This document shows, piece by piece, positions 10,174 to 20,942 of a DNA stretch of 60,782 bases (the stretch's first letter is position 1; every line of letters starts with the position of its first letter). The stretch spans positions 1 through 60,782 of the forward strand of contig JBBQFD010000002.1 of the NCBI GenBank assembly GCA_038321575.1, written 5' to 3'. The notes below the pieces were generated by a model. It did no database searches. It had not been told where the DNA came from and saw only the letters and a list, made by a program, of their open reading frames with translations. The position numbers and the translations under genes were made by a program. Source of the DNA: Bacilli bacterium (GTDB taxonomy: Bacteria > Bacillota_I > Bacilli_A > RF39 > UBA660).

Positions 10174-13100
10174 TATTCCTCAACCCCTTCCACAAAGTCA
10201 GCATCGAGTTCATCAAAATTAACTTCAATATCATCTAAGGTTTCTTGAAATTCATCTTCAACTTCTAACTCGATAACTTTATCTTCGACAATTGGATCAA
10301 CTAGTGGTAAATCAATAACTTTACCTATTTCATCATTTGAAAGGAAGGCATCTTTATCCATTTCTTCTAGTTCACGCATTTCAAGGAACTTACCTTCTTC
10401 ATTTAAGACAGTAATATCTAAGCCTAAAGCTTGGAATTCCTTAATTAATACTCTGAATGATTCTGGAATACCTGGTTTTGGAAGTGGTGTTCCTTTTGCA
10501 AGTGCTTCATATACTTTAACACGACCTACGACATCATCTGATTTAATCGTCATCATTTCTTGTAAAATATGAGCAGCACCATAAGCATATAATGCCCAAA
10601 CTTCCATTTCTCCGAATCTTTGTCCACCCATTTGTGCTTTACCACCAAGTGGTTGTTGCGTTACGAGTGAGTAAGGCCCAATGGCACGAGCATGTAATTT
10701 ATCATCAACCATGTGATGTAATTTAATCATATACATAACACCGATACTGATCTCATGGTCAAATGCTTCACCAGTACGACCATCAAATAATTGAGTCTTA
10801 CCTGATTCATTTAAACCAGCTTCTTTTAAAGCATCAATAATTTCCGTACGCGTAGCTCCATCAAAAACCGGAGTCGCGATATGAATATTTAATTTTTCGG
10901 CAGCTAAGCCTAAATGCATTTCTAAGATTTGTCCAATATTCATACGTGATGGTACGCCTAGTGGATTTAGTAAAATATCAACGGTTGTTCCATCAGCTAA
11001 ATATGGCATGTCTTCTTTTGGTAAGATTAAAGAGATAACCCCTTTATTACCATGACGTCCAGCCATTTTATCTCCAACTGAAATTTTACGTTTTTGAGCA
11101 ATATATACACGAACACGTCTTGAAACACCAGCTGGTAATTCATCAGTGTCTTCTTTAGTAAATACTTTAACATCATGAACAATACCTTCACCACCATGTG
11201 GAACACGAAGTGAGGTATCTCTAACTTCACGAGTTTTTTCACCAAAAATGGCATGTAATAATTTTTCTTCACTAGTTAATTCGGCAATTCCTTTAGGAGT
11301 TACTTTACCAACTAAGATGTCTTCATCTTTTACTTCAGTACCAATACGAACAATACCACAATCATCTAAATTCTTACGTGCATCTTCACTTATATTTGGA
11401 ATATCACGAGTAAATTCTTCAGGTCCTAGTTTGGTATCACGACATTCGATTTCATAATCATCAATATGAATTGATGTATAAACATCATCAGTTACTAAAC
11501 GTTCATTTAAAATAACCGCATCTTCATAGTTATAACCATCATAGTTCATGAAAGCAACCGTTACGTTTTTACCTAAAGCCATTTCCCCTTGATCGGTACT
11601 TGGACCATCGGCAATAACCATACCACGAGTTACTTTATCATTTAATTTTAAGATTGGAATTTGATGGTAACAAGTTCCTTGATTACTTTTTTCGAAGTCG
11701 TTTAAAAAGTATGAATCAGACCCACCGACTGTTTTAACAACAATTTTACGAGCATCAACATAACTAACAACACCATCAGCTTTCGCAATAACAACAGCAC
11801 CTGAATCCAAAGCTGCAATAGCTTCAATTCCAGTACCAATACGTGGTGCTTCGGTTTTAAGTAAAGGAATCGCTTGACGTTGCATGTTGGCACCCATCAA
11901 GGCACGTTTTCCTTCATCATGTTCCAAGAATGGAATAGCAGCGGTAGTAATTGATACTACTTGTTGTGGTGAAACGTCGATATAATCAACTTTAGATGTT
12001 TCAATAATCATAGTTTCGCCACGATAACGAACGGGAACACGTTCTACATCAATATTATTTTTATCATCAATTTTAACAACTGGTTGTGAAATATAATATT
12101 CTAATTCTTCATCAGCTGTCATATAGGTTATTTCATCAGTTAAATGACAATTATCAACTTTACGATATGGTGTCATAATGAAACCATAATCATTTATACG
12201 AGCATAACTCGCAAGTTGGGTAATTAATCCAATGTTTGGTCCTTCTGGAGATTCAATTGGACATAATCTACCATAATGTGATGAATTTACGTCACGCACT
12301 TCCATACCAGCACGTTCTCTACTTAACCCACCAGGTCCTAAAGAAGATAATCTACGTTTATTAGCTAATTCAGAAATCGGATTAGTTTGGTCCATAAATT
12401 GAGATAATTGACTACTACCAAAGAATTCTTTAATGGCAGCCGTTAATGGACGAATATTAATCAATGATTTAGGTGTAACTTCAGTGATTTCTTGAGTAGA
12501 CATACGATCACGAATAACACGTTCAATACGACTAACACCAATTCTAAATTGGTTTTGTAATAATTCACCAACTTGACGAACACGACGATTAGATAAGTGG
12601 TCGATTTCATCAAAATGACCAATTCCTTCAAGTAAGTTTAAATAATAAGATACTGATGCATATACATCAGAAATAGTTAAGCGTTTAATATCGCTTGTTT
12701 GATCATTTCCAATAATATTAATAATACGATCAGGATTCTTTTTAGAATAAACTTTAATTACTTGAACTTTATTATATGTGTCAAGTGATTCATTAATAGG
12801 AACTTCTTTTACGCCAAAACCATCTTTAAATAATGGTCTGATTTCTTCTAAAAGTATTTTAGTGATTTCAGTTCCTGATTTAACGATTACTTTTTTACCT
12901 ATTTTAATATCTTGAGCAATGATGCAACCAAGTAAACGGTCACATACATCTAATTTACGATTAAATTTATAACGACCAACTTTTGCCAAGTCATAGCGAA
13001 AAGAATCAAAGAATCTTGAAATCAATTGATTTTTAGCACTATCTAAGGTTGAAGGTTCACCGGGACGCAATTTAGAGTGAATATCGATCAATGCTTCATC

Positions 13101-13787
13101 GGTATTCTTATTAGCGTCTTTTTCAAGGGTCTTATCTAGATAGTGATCTTGACCTAATAAATCGATAATATCTTCATCATTAGATAAACCTAACGCACGT
13201 AATAAGGTTGTTACAGGTACTTTTCTCGTACGATCGATACGAACGTAAACAACGTCACGAGCATCAGTTTCATATTCAAGCCAAGTTCCACGAGTTGGTA
13301 TAATTTGCGATGTTACTACTAAACGACCGCTTTTATCTATTTCATGACCAAAGTAAACGCTTGGAGAACGTACTAATTGTGATACGATTACACGTTCTGC
13401 TCCATTTATAATAAATGTTCCACTTTCAGTCATGATTGGCATATCGCCTAAATAAATATCTTGTTCTTTAACTTCACCTGTTTCATGGTTAAATAGTCGA
13501 GCTGCAACTTTCAAGGATGCTGCATAAGTAGCATCTCTTTCTTTGCATTGTTTGATAGTGTATTTTGGTGCATCGAACGAATAATCGCCAAATTCCAACG
13601 ATAAACTCCCAGTAAAACTTTCTACTGGGAAGATATCTTTAAATACTTCGCTTATTCCTTCTTGCATAAACCAATCATAAGATTTTTTTTGAATTTCTAG
13701 TAAGTTACCTAATTCAATAGCATTTGTTGTTTTAGCATAACTTCTTCTTTCGCGGTGATCACCAAATTTTTTAACTGTATAAGCCAT
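10173..13787 (-). CDS. rpoB: DNA-directed RNA polymerase subunit beta
   Basis: 1204 aa, full-length beta subunit with an acidic C-terminal tail. Its stop overlaps the rpoC start by 1 nt (TAATG). Confidence 0.98.
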   Translation of the reverse strand: MAYTVKKFGDHRERRSYAKTTNAIELGNLLEIQKKSYDWFMQEGISEVFKDIFPVESFTGSLSLEFGDYSFDAPKYTIKQCKERDATYAASLKVAARLFNHETGEVKEQDIYLGDMPIMTESGTFIINGAERVIVSQLVRSPSVYFGHEIDKSGRLVVTSQIIPTRGTWLEYETDARDVVYVRIDRTRKVPVTTLLRALGLSNDEDIIDLLGQDHYLDKTLEKDANKNTDEALIDIHSKLRPGEPSTLDSAKNQLISRFFDSFRYDLAKVGRYKFNRKLDVCDRLLGCIIAQDIKIGKKVIVKSGTEITKILLEEIRPLFKDGFGVKEVPINESLDTYNKVQVIKVYSKKNPDRIINIIGNDQTSDIKRLTISDVYASVSYYLNLLEGIGHFDEIDHLSNRRVRQVGELLQNQFRIGVSRIERVIRDRMSTQEITEVTPKSLINIRPLTAAIKEFFGSSQLSQFMDQTNPISELANKRRLSSLGPGGLSRERAGMEVRDVNSSHYGRLCPIESPEGPNIGLITQLASYARINDYGFIMTPYRKVDNCHLTDEITYMTADEELEYYISQPVVKIDDKNNIDVERVPVRYRGETMIIETSKVDYIDVSPQQVVSITTAAIPFLEHDEGKRALMGANMQRQAIPLLKTEAPRIGTGIEAIAALDSGAVVIAKADGVVSYVDARKIVVKTVGGSDSYFLNDFEKSNQGTCYHQIPILKLNDKVTRGMVIADGPSTDQGEMALGKNVTVAFMNYDGYNYEDAVILNERLVTDDVYTSIHIDDYEIECRDTKLGPEEFTRDIPNISEDARKNLDDCGIVRIGTEVKDEDILVGKVTPKGIAELTSEEKLLHAIFGEKTREVRDTSLRVPHGGEGIVHDVKVFTKEDTDELPAGVSRRVRVYIAQKRKISVGDKMAGRHGNKGVISLILPKEDMPYLADGTTVDILLNPLGVPSRMNIGQILEMHLGLAAEKLNIHIATPVFDGATRTEIIDALKEAGLNESGKTQLFDGRTGEAFDHEISIGVMYMIKLHHMVDDKLHARAIGPYSLVTQQPLGGKAQMGGQRFGEMEVWALYAYGAAHILQEMMTIKSDDVVGRVKVYEALAKGTPLPKPGIPESFRVLIKEFQALGLDITVLNEEGKFLEMRELEEMDKDAFLSNDEIGKVIDLPLVDPIVEDKVIELEVEDEFQETLDDIEVNFDELDADFVEGVEE

Positions 13788-13873
13788 TCATTCACCCCTA
13801 TAACTAAATTTACCAAAGAACATTTTGTAAGTATGTCGCCAATTTATAATTCTAATACAATTATTGCAAATTG

Positions 13874-14461
13874 TCAATCATTTATAGCTTGGATAACATA
13901 AAAACCTCTACTTTTGTGTGTGACGGTTACTTTATAAATAGCACCAAGGTCTTTTACTAAAGATTTAGCACCCTGATTCTTACTTACTACTAACCATAAT
14001 TCACCACGTGGTTTCAAGTGTTCTTTTGCATGGAATAGTATTTCATATAACTTTACTTTGCCTACCCTAATCGGTGGATTAGTAATAATAAAATCATATT
14101 GTTTTGATACCTTGTTATAAGTATCACTAATAAAGGTATTAACGGTAACATCATTTAGAATCGCATTTTCTTTAGCTAAATTCAAACTACGCTCATTAAT
14201 ATCAATCATGTCCACATTACAATTACAATTCTTTTTAAGATATATGCCAATAGGTCCGTAACCACAACCAAAATCTAGTACCTCGCCTTTTATATGTAAT
14301 GGATCAATACTTTCTAAAAGGGTTCTGGTCCCAAAATCAAGACTATTTTTTGAAAATACTCCGTTATCAGTTTTAAATTTATATGTAATAAATTTAATAA
14401 CAACTTCAAATTCTTTAATTACACTTTTTAGATCTGGTTCGTTTGTAAAATAATGTCCCAT
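13874..14461 (-). CDS. Class I SAM-dependent small methyltransferase (RsmC/YbxB-like)
   Basis: VLDFGCGYGPIG SAM-binding loop and the NPPIRVG motif. It occupies the same position between rplL and rpoB as B. subtilis ybxB. Confidence 0.8.
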   Translation of the reverse strand: MGHYFTNEPDLKSVIKEFEVVIKFITYKFKTDNGVFSKNSLDFGTRTLLESIDPLHIKGEVLDFGCGYGPIGIYLKKNCNCNVDMIDINERSLNLAKENAILNDVTVNTFISDTYNKVSKQYDFIITNPPIRVGKVKLYEILFHAKEHLKPRGELWLVVSKNQGAKSLVKDLGAIYKVTVTHKSRGFYVIQAIND

Positions 14462-14484
14462 ATCTCACCTACTTATACGTGGAA

Positions 14485-14512
14485 AGCCCATACTAATTAT
14501 TTAGTATAGGCT
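14485..14512 (-). terminator. Hairpin after rplL (possible partial terminator)
   Basis: agcccatactaa-ttat-ttagtataggct: 12-bp stem with one G.U pair and a poor U-tail. Confidence 0.4.
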
Positions 14513-14529
14513 AAACGTAATTAATTGAA

Positions 14530-14895
14530 TTATTTAATTTCAGTTTCTGCGCCAGCTTCATCAAATTTAACTTTTAATTCTGCTGCTTCATCTCTAGAGA
14601 TGTTTTCTTTAACTGCGCCACCATTATCAGCAACATCTTTAGCTTCTTTTAATCCTAAGCCTGTGATATCACGTACTAATTTAATAACTGAGATTTTATT
14701 AGGTCCAGCACTTGTTAATACTAAACTAACACTGCTTGGTCCTTCTGCTTCTTCAGCTACTGGTGCAGCGGCTGCTGCAACGGCACTTGGATCAACTCCA
14801 TATGCTTCTTTCATTGCGTCGACTAATTCTTTAACTTCAAGAATTGTCATTTCATTTAATGCTTCGATAAAACTTTTTGCTGTTAACTTTGCCAT
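14530..14895 (-). CDS. rplL: 50S ribosomal protein L7/L12
   Basis: 121 aa with an Ala-rich hinge (AAAAAPVAEE) and a C-terminal domain ..LKEAKD.... Confidence 0.97.
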   Translation of the reverse strand: MAKLTAKSFIEALNEMTILEVKELVDAMKEAYGVDPSAVAAAAAPVAEEAEGPSSVSLVLTSAGPNKISVIKLVRDITGLGLKEAKDVADNGGAVKENISRDEAAELKVKFDEAGAETEIK

Positions 14896-14915
14896 TTCTA
14901 TTTCCTCCTCTTAAA

Positions 14916-15404
14916 TTATTTTTTTTCTTTGCTATAAAGATCAAGGGCAACTGATAAGTTTTTTACAACTCCAATTAAACCACCTGCTAACATTGTTAGC
15001 AATACTTGTCTTGATGGGATAGCTGCTAATGTACTTAACATTTTAGCATCTGCTACACTACCATCGATATAACCTACTTTTAGTTCTAGTGCTTTATGCA
15101 GTTTTGCATAATCACTAAGGATTTTGATAGGAGCGATTGCATCACTACCAAAGGCCATTGCTTTAGGGCCGTTTAAATGTTCTTCAACATTAATATTTAA
15201 ACTTTCTAAAGCTCTTTTTACTAGAGTATTTTTATATACTCTAACATCAGATCCAGATTCACGTAGTTTTCTTCTTAGCTCAGTCATTTCAACTACTGAA
15301 AGACCGCGATATTCGAATAAAACGATTGAAGCTGACGACTTAGTTTTCGCTGCGATTTCGTCGATAACTAGTTGTTTTTGATCTAGAATCTTTTGATTTG
15401 CCAC
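14916..15404 (-). CDS. rplJ: 50S ribosomal protein L10
   Basis: ORF trimmed to the GTG at 15404 (VANQKILDQKQ..), with a GAGGAGG RBS 6-7 nt upstream. Typical L10 sequence. Confidence 0.93.
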   Translation of the reverse strand: MANQKILDQKQLVIDEIAAKTKSSASIVLFEYRGLSVVEMTELRRKLRESGSDVRVYKNTLVKRALESLNINVEEHLNGPKAMAFGSDAIAPIKILSDYAKLHKALELKVGYIDGSVADAKMLSTLAAIPSRQVLLTMLAGGLIGVVKNLSVALDLYSKEKK

Positions 15405-15425
15405 ATTACACCTCCTCATTTTCAT

Positions 15426-15571
15426 TTACCGTATAAAAAAGCCCAGCTGCGTAGAGTTGGGCCGAAAGACTTAAATAAATAAGTTCCTCGGTAGGATATT
15501 AAGCATAAATGCCCCTACTGTCTACGGTACTATTAAATTTTTTGAACAAATTGATTATAACATACTAGCAT
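15426..15571 (-). promoter_or_regulatory. rplJL (L10) leader with an attenuator-type terminator hairpin
   Basis: 146-nt structured leader. GCCCAAC..GCUGGGC stem followed by U6 (15435..15462) just before the rplJ RBS, the position expected for the Firmicute L10 leader. Confidence 0.55.
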
Positions 15572-16267
15572 TTAATTGTCAAAACTTTTTGAATCAATTT
15601 TTATGCCAGGTCCCATAGTTGCTGAGATAGCGATATTTTTAATATATTCGCCCTTAATAACTGCTGGTCTTGTTTTGTTAATAACTGCCATAAAAGCATT
15701 TAGATTTTCAACTAATTTGTCAGCATCGAATGATACTTTACCAAAGATAACTTGAATGTTACCTTGATCATCAGCACGATATTCAACACGACCTTTTTTT
15801 ACGTCTTCAACAGCTTTTTTAGTATCCATCGTTACGGTACCTGTTTTTGGATTTGGCATAAGGCCTTTAGGTCCTAAAATTTTACCAATTTTACCAAGAG
15901 CGGGCATCATATCGGGAGTTGCTATCATAACATCGAAACCAAACCAAAGTTCTTTTTCGATCTTTTCAAGCATATCAGCATCACCAACAAATTCTGCACC
16001 GGCTTCTTTAGCCATTTTAGCAGCTTCACCTTTAGCGATTACCAATACTGTTTTAGATTTACCAGTTCCATTAGGTAAAACAATTGCGCCTCTGATTTGT
16101 TGATCAGCTTTTTTAGTATCAATATTTAAATGGATAGCTAATTCAACTGATTCATCAAATTTAGCAGATGCGGTTTCTTTTACTAATTTTACTGCTTCAT
16201 CTTTTCCGTAAAATTTTGTTCTATCTACTTTACTGAAAGCTTCAACATATTTCTTACCTCTTGACAT
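15572..16267 (-). CDS. rplA: 50S ribosomal protein L1
   Basis: ORF trimmed to [11 protein letters not shown].. (ATG at 16267), with an AAGGAGG RBS upstream. Confidence 0.96.
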   Translation of the reverse strand: MSRGKKYVEAFSKVDRTKFYGKDEAVKLVKETASAKFDESVELAIHLNIDTKKADQQIRGAIVLPNGTGKSKTVLVIAKGEAAKMAKEAGAEFVGDADMLEKIEKELWFGFDVMIATPDMMPALGKIGKILGPKGLMPNPKTGTVTMDTKKAVEDVKKGRVEYRADDQGNIQVIFGKVSFDADKLVENLNAFMAVINKTRPAVIKGEYIKNIAISATMGPGIKIDSKSFDN

Positions 16268-16332
16268 TTTCTTATCCTCCTTATGTGGTATATGCGGATT
16301 TATACCTCCCACATAGGTTCTACCTATATGAA

Positions 16333-16980
16333 TTATTTATCTTCTGTTTCTTTTGTTTCTTCAGTAGTTTCTGTTTCTACTTTAGCTTCTTTATCTTTAT
16401 CTTCATCTTCATCTTCGTCTTCATTTGCTTTAGCAGTAGCTTCAGCTAAGGTACGATTTGCAGATTCTAATTTAGCTAATTCAGCTTCTCTTCTTGCGAT
16501 TTCTAATTCTTCTGCCATAGCTTCTTGAGCTTGTTCAGCAAGTTCAGCATCATTAACACCCTTAACGGCAACACCCATATTACGAGCAGTACCTTCAACG
16601 ATTTTCATAGCTGATGCTAAATCATATGCATTTAAATCAGGCATTTTGATTTTAGCTATTTCTTCGATTTCTTTTAAAGTTAAGGTCGCAACGATGTTAT
16701 TAGCACCTTTTTTTGATCCTGCTTTGATTTTAGCATATTTCATAATCAAGAATGCTGCTGGTGGAGTTTTAATTACAAAGTCGAAACTACGATCTTCATA
16801 GATTGAAATTTCAACTGGTAATATATCACCCATTTTATCTTTAGTTGCTTCATTATACTTGGTACAGAAATCTTGTAAATTAATACCTGCAGGTCCAAGT
16901 ACCGTTCCAACTGGTGGAGCCGGTGTAGCTCTTCCTGCGGGGATTTGTAATTTTACTTTTTTTGCAATTTGTTTTGCCAC
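16333..16980 (-). CDS. rplK: 50S ribosomal protein L11 with a C-terminal extension of about 73 aa
   Basis: GTG start at 16980 ([25 protein letters not shown]..), 8 nt after AGGAGG. The canonical L11 sequence ends near ..[13 protein letters not shown]. The ORF then continues in frame through a helical, acidic tail. Confidence 0.93.
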   Translation of the reverse strand: MAKQIAKKVKLQIPAGRATPAPPVGTVLGPAGINLQDFCTKYNEATKDKMGDILPVEISIYEDRSFDFVIKTPPAAFLIMKYAKIKAGSKKGANNIVATLTLKEIEEIAKIKMPDLNAYDLASAMKIVEGTARNMGVAVKGVNDAELAEQAQEAMAEELEIARREAELAKLESANRTLAEATAKANEDEDEDEDKDKEAKVETETTEETKETEDK

Positions 16981-16989
16981 GAAAAACAC

Positions 16990-17108
16990 CTCCTATATTC
17001 GTTTTTTTTCGCGAGTGGTACTATTGGCTATTCCGCGCCTCCCACTGGTTTCATCTATATTTAACAATATAGCCATTTAATAATAACATAATTGAATTAA
17101 AAATACAA
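16990..17108 (-). promoter_or_regulatory. rplKA leader, possible L1-binding mRNA structure
   Basis: The 119-nt leader contains ..CCAGUGGGAGGCGCGG..CCACUCGCG followed by A8. This GC-rich structured island sits in an otherwise AT-rich spacer. Assignment is by position only. Confidence 0.3.
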
Positions 17109-17642
17109 CTATGATTTTTGGATTTCAGTTAAATCTAAATCGACTCTTGTTTCTTGTCCAAATAGATCAACATCAATACCAAGTTTTTGGGTTTCCATAC
17201 TGATTTCTCTAACTTTACCATACATACCAGCAAATGGTCCATTAATAACTTTAACTGAATCTCCAACATTAAGTGAAGAACCAATTTCAAGTCTTCTTAA
17301 GCCCATCGCACCTAAGATTTTATCGACTTCTGCGGGAGTTAAAGGAAATGGTTTTGCACCTCGACCTGATGAGCCGATAAATCCAGTAACACCGGGAGTA
17401 TTACGAACAACAAACCATGCTTCATCTGACATCATCATTTCAACTAAAATGTATCCAGGAAACATCTTCTTAAGTTTTTCTTTACTAACGCCATCTTTTA
17501 CTTCAACTTCGATTTGTTCTGGCACAATGATACGGTAAATAAACTCTTCCATACCCATTGAGTTAGCACGCATCTCTAATTTTTCTTTTACTTTACTTTC
17601 ATGACCAGAATAAGTATTAACTACATACCATTCTTTTTGCAT
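17109..17642 (-). CDS. nusG: Transcription termination/antitermination factor NusG
   Basis: 177 aa with N-terminal NGN domain (WYVVNTYSGHE) and a C-terminal KOW domain. Confidence 0.97.
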   Translation of the reverse strand: MQKEWYVVNTYSGHESKVKEKLEMRANSMGMEEFIYRIIVPEQIEVEVKDGVSKEKLKKMFPGYILVEMMMSDEAWFVVRNTPGVTGFIGSSGRGAKPFPLTPAEVDKILGAMGLRRLEIGSSLNVGDSVKVINGPFAGMYGKVREISMETQKLGIDVDLFGQETRVDLDLTEIQKS

Positions 17643-17857
17643 TATTTCACCAATGTCTTAAAGATTGCAATAACGGTATCTGATATCATGAAGAAGAAAG
17701 CAAAAATAAAGATGAACATTAAAGTTGCTACTGAATAAGTTGTCATTTCTTTTTTTGTAGGCCAATGTACTTTACCCATTTCGTTTTTAACACTGATTAA
17801 GAAAGCCTTAATTTTAAGTGGTTTCTTAACCTTTTTAACCTTTTCAACTTTTTTCAT
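17642..17857 (-). CDS. secE: Preprotein translocase subunit SecE
   Basis: 71 aa with ..EMGKVHWPTKKE.. followed by a single TM helix. Overlaps the nusG start by 1 nt. Confidence 0.85.
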   Translation of the reverse strand: MKKVEKVKKVKKPLKIKAFLISVKNEMGKVHWPTKKEMTTYSVATLMFIFIFAFFFMISDTVIAIFKTLVK

Positions 17858-17920
17858 AATCTACCTACTTTTCTAGTGTCTTTTTTCAAATAAAAAACAC
17901 TTTGTTTCGTGTCTATATAA

Positions 17921-17949
17921 AGAATACTATATTATTTATATTTTGTCAA
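17921..17949 (-). promoter_or_regulatory. Putative sigma-A promoter of secE-nusG
   Basis: Minus-strand TTGACA (17944..17949), 17-nt spacer, TATTCT (17921..17926). Confidence 0.45.
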
Positions 17950-17970
17950 CAATTAAAACAAAAAAAGCGC

Positions 17971-18843
17971 TTATACGCCTTTAGTTTCAATTATTTCATT
18001 TAAAGCTTTCTCTTTGATGATTTCACTAACTGGTTCTTCAATCTTATATCCACTTGCATTAACGGCTATTCCTAAGACTAAGATGTAAGATAATATATAA
18101 ACCCATACCATTAGGATAACTAAATTAGATAGTCCTCCATAAAAGAGTCCGTAATTAGCAATGTTACTTATATAGTATGAATAAATATAAGTGACGATAG
18201 CCCAACCAATGGTAGTGAATAAAGCTCCATTATTAACATATCTACTACCAATCTTATCATCAGGTGCGATAGTATAAATAAGTTTTATGGTAAAAAATAT
18301 AAAGATTAAAGCTACTGGCCATTTAGCTAAAACAAATAAATTATATATATCACTACTATAAGCTCTAAATATTTCAAAATCTAAAATCCATTTTAAGATC
18401 ATATTACCAAAAGCTACGACTAATGTAATAAATAAGAATAATGATACTAAAATATTAGTTAAGAAGAAAGCTTTAATTCTTCTTCTTAAATTATCAGTTT
18501 TTGTAATACCATATAACATATTAGATGCCACTATAATTGAATGTGGCCCATTCGATGCTAAAATAAAACCTAAAATCATGAAAAATATGACATTAACACT
18601 TATTCCTTTACCACTAACCATTGGGATTAACATTTCACTAATATTTTTAGGAAATGCTTCACCCATAAAATTAGTAATGGCAGTTAATGATATTGAAAAT
18701 CTTGTTAAGATATAGCCAAAAAGCGTAATCATTGGAACAATTGATAGCACTAAAAAGAAAGCTACTTGTCCCGGTAAAATACGCATTTCTTGCATTTTAA
18801 TAATGCCTCTTAATTTTTTAAAGGCTAATTTAAACTTTATCAT
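17971..18843 (-). CDS. YihY/BrkB-family integral membrane protein
   Basis: 290 aa with about 6 TM helices and the typical N-terminal ..GQVAFFLVLSIVP.. segment. Confidence 0.75.
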   Translation of the reverse strand: MIKFKLAFKKLRGIIKMQEMRILPGQVAFFLVLSIVPMITLFGYILTRFSISLTAITNFMGEAFPKNISEMLIPMVSGKGISVNVIFFMILGFILASNGPHSIIVASNMLYGITKTDNLRRRIKAFFLTNILVSLFLFITLVVAFGNMILKWILDFEIFRAYSSDIYNLFVLAKWPVALIFIFFTIKLIYTIAPDDKIGSRYVNNGALFTTIGWAIVTYIYSYYISNIANYGLFYGGLSNLVILMVWVYILSYILVLGIAVNASGYKIEEPVSEIIKEKALNEIIETKGV

Positions 18844-18866
18844 AAATACCTCTAAATAAATAATTA

Positions 18867-20933
18867 TTAATTGCTTTCATTGTGAGCTTCTTCTTTGTTG
18901 TGACGCATATCGATAGTTGCTTCATTTATAGCATCATCAACTGTTTTAATAGCATCATTAATAATGCTATAACCCATTGCTGCTCCAAAGCCATGATTTA
19001 ATTCTTTAAATTCTTTGGCTAATTTGCGCATATATGAGATTACTTGTTTATCATCATATTCAACTAAATATACTAAGAATTCATTACCATTAGTACGGAT
19101 AATTTCACTATTAGAAATTTGATTAGTTATTAAGATGTTAGCTGCTTCTTTAATAGTGTTATCGCCTTCTTGGTGACCATAATTATCATTAATATAAGCA
19201 ACATTATTTAAGTCAATAATAATGATAGTTTGAGGATATAGTTCACTACTATCCCATTTTTCAATATTATCATTTAAATAGTTACGATTTTTTAATGAGG
19301 TAAGGATATCAACATATTTTAATTTATCAGATTTGCTTATAACTGGAATTTTCTTGTTATCAAGATGTTTTAAATATTTACGACCTTCAAATACAAGAAC
19401 AAATAATAATGCAAGATATGATCCATAAGTTATAAGATTTTTTGTTAATAGAGCATTGTTAGTTGATACATATAGTGAATAGAAACTGCTATCAACAATA
19501 GCTCTTTCATCAACAAATGTTAAATAGAAGTTAAAGAAATTATTGAATACGGTGTTAGCTTTTATATCACGTGATATAAAACTAAAACTGTAATCGATAG
19601 AAAATTCATAATTAATATTATAGTTAGCCAAGAGGCTACGAGCATAATATATATAAGAATAACTATCAATCGCAATTATTTCATTACCTTTATTACTAAT
19701 TAAGTCTTTAAGGTTATCATATGTTTTAACAATTATTCCGGCTTTAGTTAATACTTCAGCTATTTTACTATCTTTAACTGCTAAGACTTGCTTACCAACT
19801 AACGATTCTAAAGAATTAACTAAATTATTTTTGCCAAATGGTGAAGCTATAACGACTTTGTTTTCTAAAACATCAATTGTTTTAAAAACATCCATTTTAT
19901 AAGTTGTTGTTTTATTGTTAGCATAAAAGAAATCAATATTATTGCTATTGAAATCACTCAATAACGCATTAGTATTTGAATATCCTTTATAACTTATTTC
20001 AACGTTAGTTAATTTAGAAAATTCTTTTAATAATGAGTTATTAATGCCAGCTAAATGACCCCTGGAAATTGTTACATATGGTAGATTTTCAATAAATCCA
20101 TAAATATAACGCTTACTAAGAAATTTAGCTTTTTCTTTAGAATCAACTTTACTAAAATTAAAATAATTTTCGGTAAAGAATTGATTATATGAAGTAGTAT
20201 AGTTTTCTTTATACCATTTTTTAAAATATTTGTTAATGATTACATTTAAATTAGATGTTTTACCTAAAGTAATAACATAATCTTGAGTCAATTCAGTTAT
20301 ATTATAAGCAATATTTAATTTACCATTACTAATTATTTCAGCAAGATAAGTGTTTTTTGGTAAAACAACAGCGTTAACCGTAGTATCACTAGTTGATGCT
20401 AATAAACTTTGGACATCAGTATAAGTTTTATAAGTAACGTTAACGGCACCTTCTAAATACTTGTTTACTTTATCTAAGTCAGCATTTAAAACACCAATCG
20501 TAATATTTTGAATATCACTTAACTTATTATACTTAATAACTGTTTTAGTTAATAAAACATAATTATCTTGATAAAATATAATATCATCTTTACTGGCTTT
20601 ATTAACTATTTTAAAAGCATAATCTGATTTTACTGAAGATGAGGTATCATATGGTACTTTATTAAATTCTAATTTAGTATTGGTAGTTAATGAAGTAAAA
20701 AAATCAAAAAAGACACCCGTTCCTTCAGCATTGAAAACAGGAATATTATTAACTATCCCAAAATCAATAACTTTATTCTTGTTACTTTCAATCCATTGTT
20801 TATCTAATAATGTTAAGGTACTATTCTTATCCTCATTTGTAAATATATATAGAATACTTAAAGATATAATAAGAATAACCCCGACGATAATCGATGTTGT
20901 AATTAGTTTTTGTTTGTTTTTCATTGTAACCAC
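18867..20933 (-). CDS. Membrane receptor: two extracytoplasmic solute-binding-like domains, a TM helix and a degenerate GGDEF domain
   Basis: N-terminal TM, about 480 aa extracytoplasmic, second TM (YLALLFVLVF), then the GGDEF fold (DLNNVAYINDNYGHQEGDNTIK..). The signature reads RTNGNEF (19077..19091) instead of GG[DE]EF. Confidence 0.7.
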   Translation of the reverse strand: MVTMKNKQKLITTSIIVGVILIISLSILYIFTNEDKNSTLTLLDKQWIESNKNKVIDFGIVNNIPVFNAEGTGVFFDFFTSLTTNTKLEFNKVPYDTSSSVKSDYAFKIVNKASKDDIIFYQDNYVLLTKTVIKYNKLSDIQNITIGVLNADLDKVNKYLEGAVNVTYKTYTDVQSLLASTSDTTVNAVVLPKNTYLAEIISNGKLNIAYNITELTQDYVITLGKTSNLNVIINKYFKKWYKENYTTSYNQFFTENYFNFSKVDSKEKAKFLSKRYIYGFIENLPYVTISRGHLAGINNSLLKEFSKLTNVEISYKGYSNTNALLSDFNSNNIDFFYANNKTTTYKMDVFKTIDVLENKVVIASPFGKNNLVNSLESLVGKQVLAVKDSKIAEVLTKAGIIVKTYDNLKDLISNKGNEIIAIDSYSYIYYARSLLANYNINYEFSIDYSFSFISRDIKANTVFNNFFNFYLTFVDERAIVDSSFYSLYVSTNNALLTKNLITYGSYLALLFVLVFEGRKYLKHLDNKKIPVISKSDKLKYVDILTSLKNRNYLNDNIEKWDSSELYPQTIIIIDLNNVAYINDNYGHQEGDNTIKEAANILITNQISNSEIIRTNGNEFLVYLVEYDDKQVISYMRKLAKEFKELNHGFGAAMGYSIINDAIKTVDDAINEATIDMRHNKEEAHNESN

Positions 20934-20942
20934 CTTTACTAT

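Noticed and set aside
6785-11893. Multiple short ORFs inside rpoC and rpoB on either strand (e.g. 6785..6997, 7093..7299, 7116..7421, 7607..7822, 8311..8496, 9747..9959, 11027..11272, 11248..11457, 11702..11893)
   Set aside because: All are embedded in the intact 1211-aa and 1204-aa polymerase subunit frames. There is no independent signal.
16261-16528. Plus-strand ORFs (16261..16449, 16283..16528) and the GAA/GAT-type repeat under the L11 tail. I considered a tandem repeat or CRISPR-like array, or a separate gene.
   Set aside because: The repeat is a codon-level Glu/Asp run with 3-6 nt periodicity and no spacers. The plus-strand ORFs are its antisense Ser/Phe-rich mirror image.
17858-17970. 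Expected rpmG (L33) gene upstream of secE, which would be missed by the 60-aa ORF cut-off
   Set aside because: The 113-nt gap is occupied by a terminator-like hairpin, a promoter and a leader. No open frame of about 50 aa fits.
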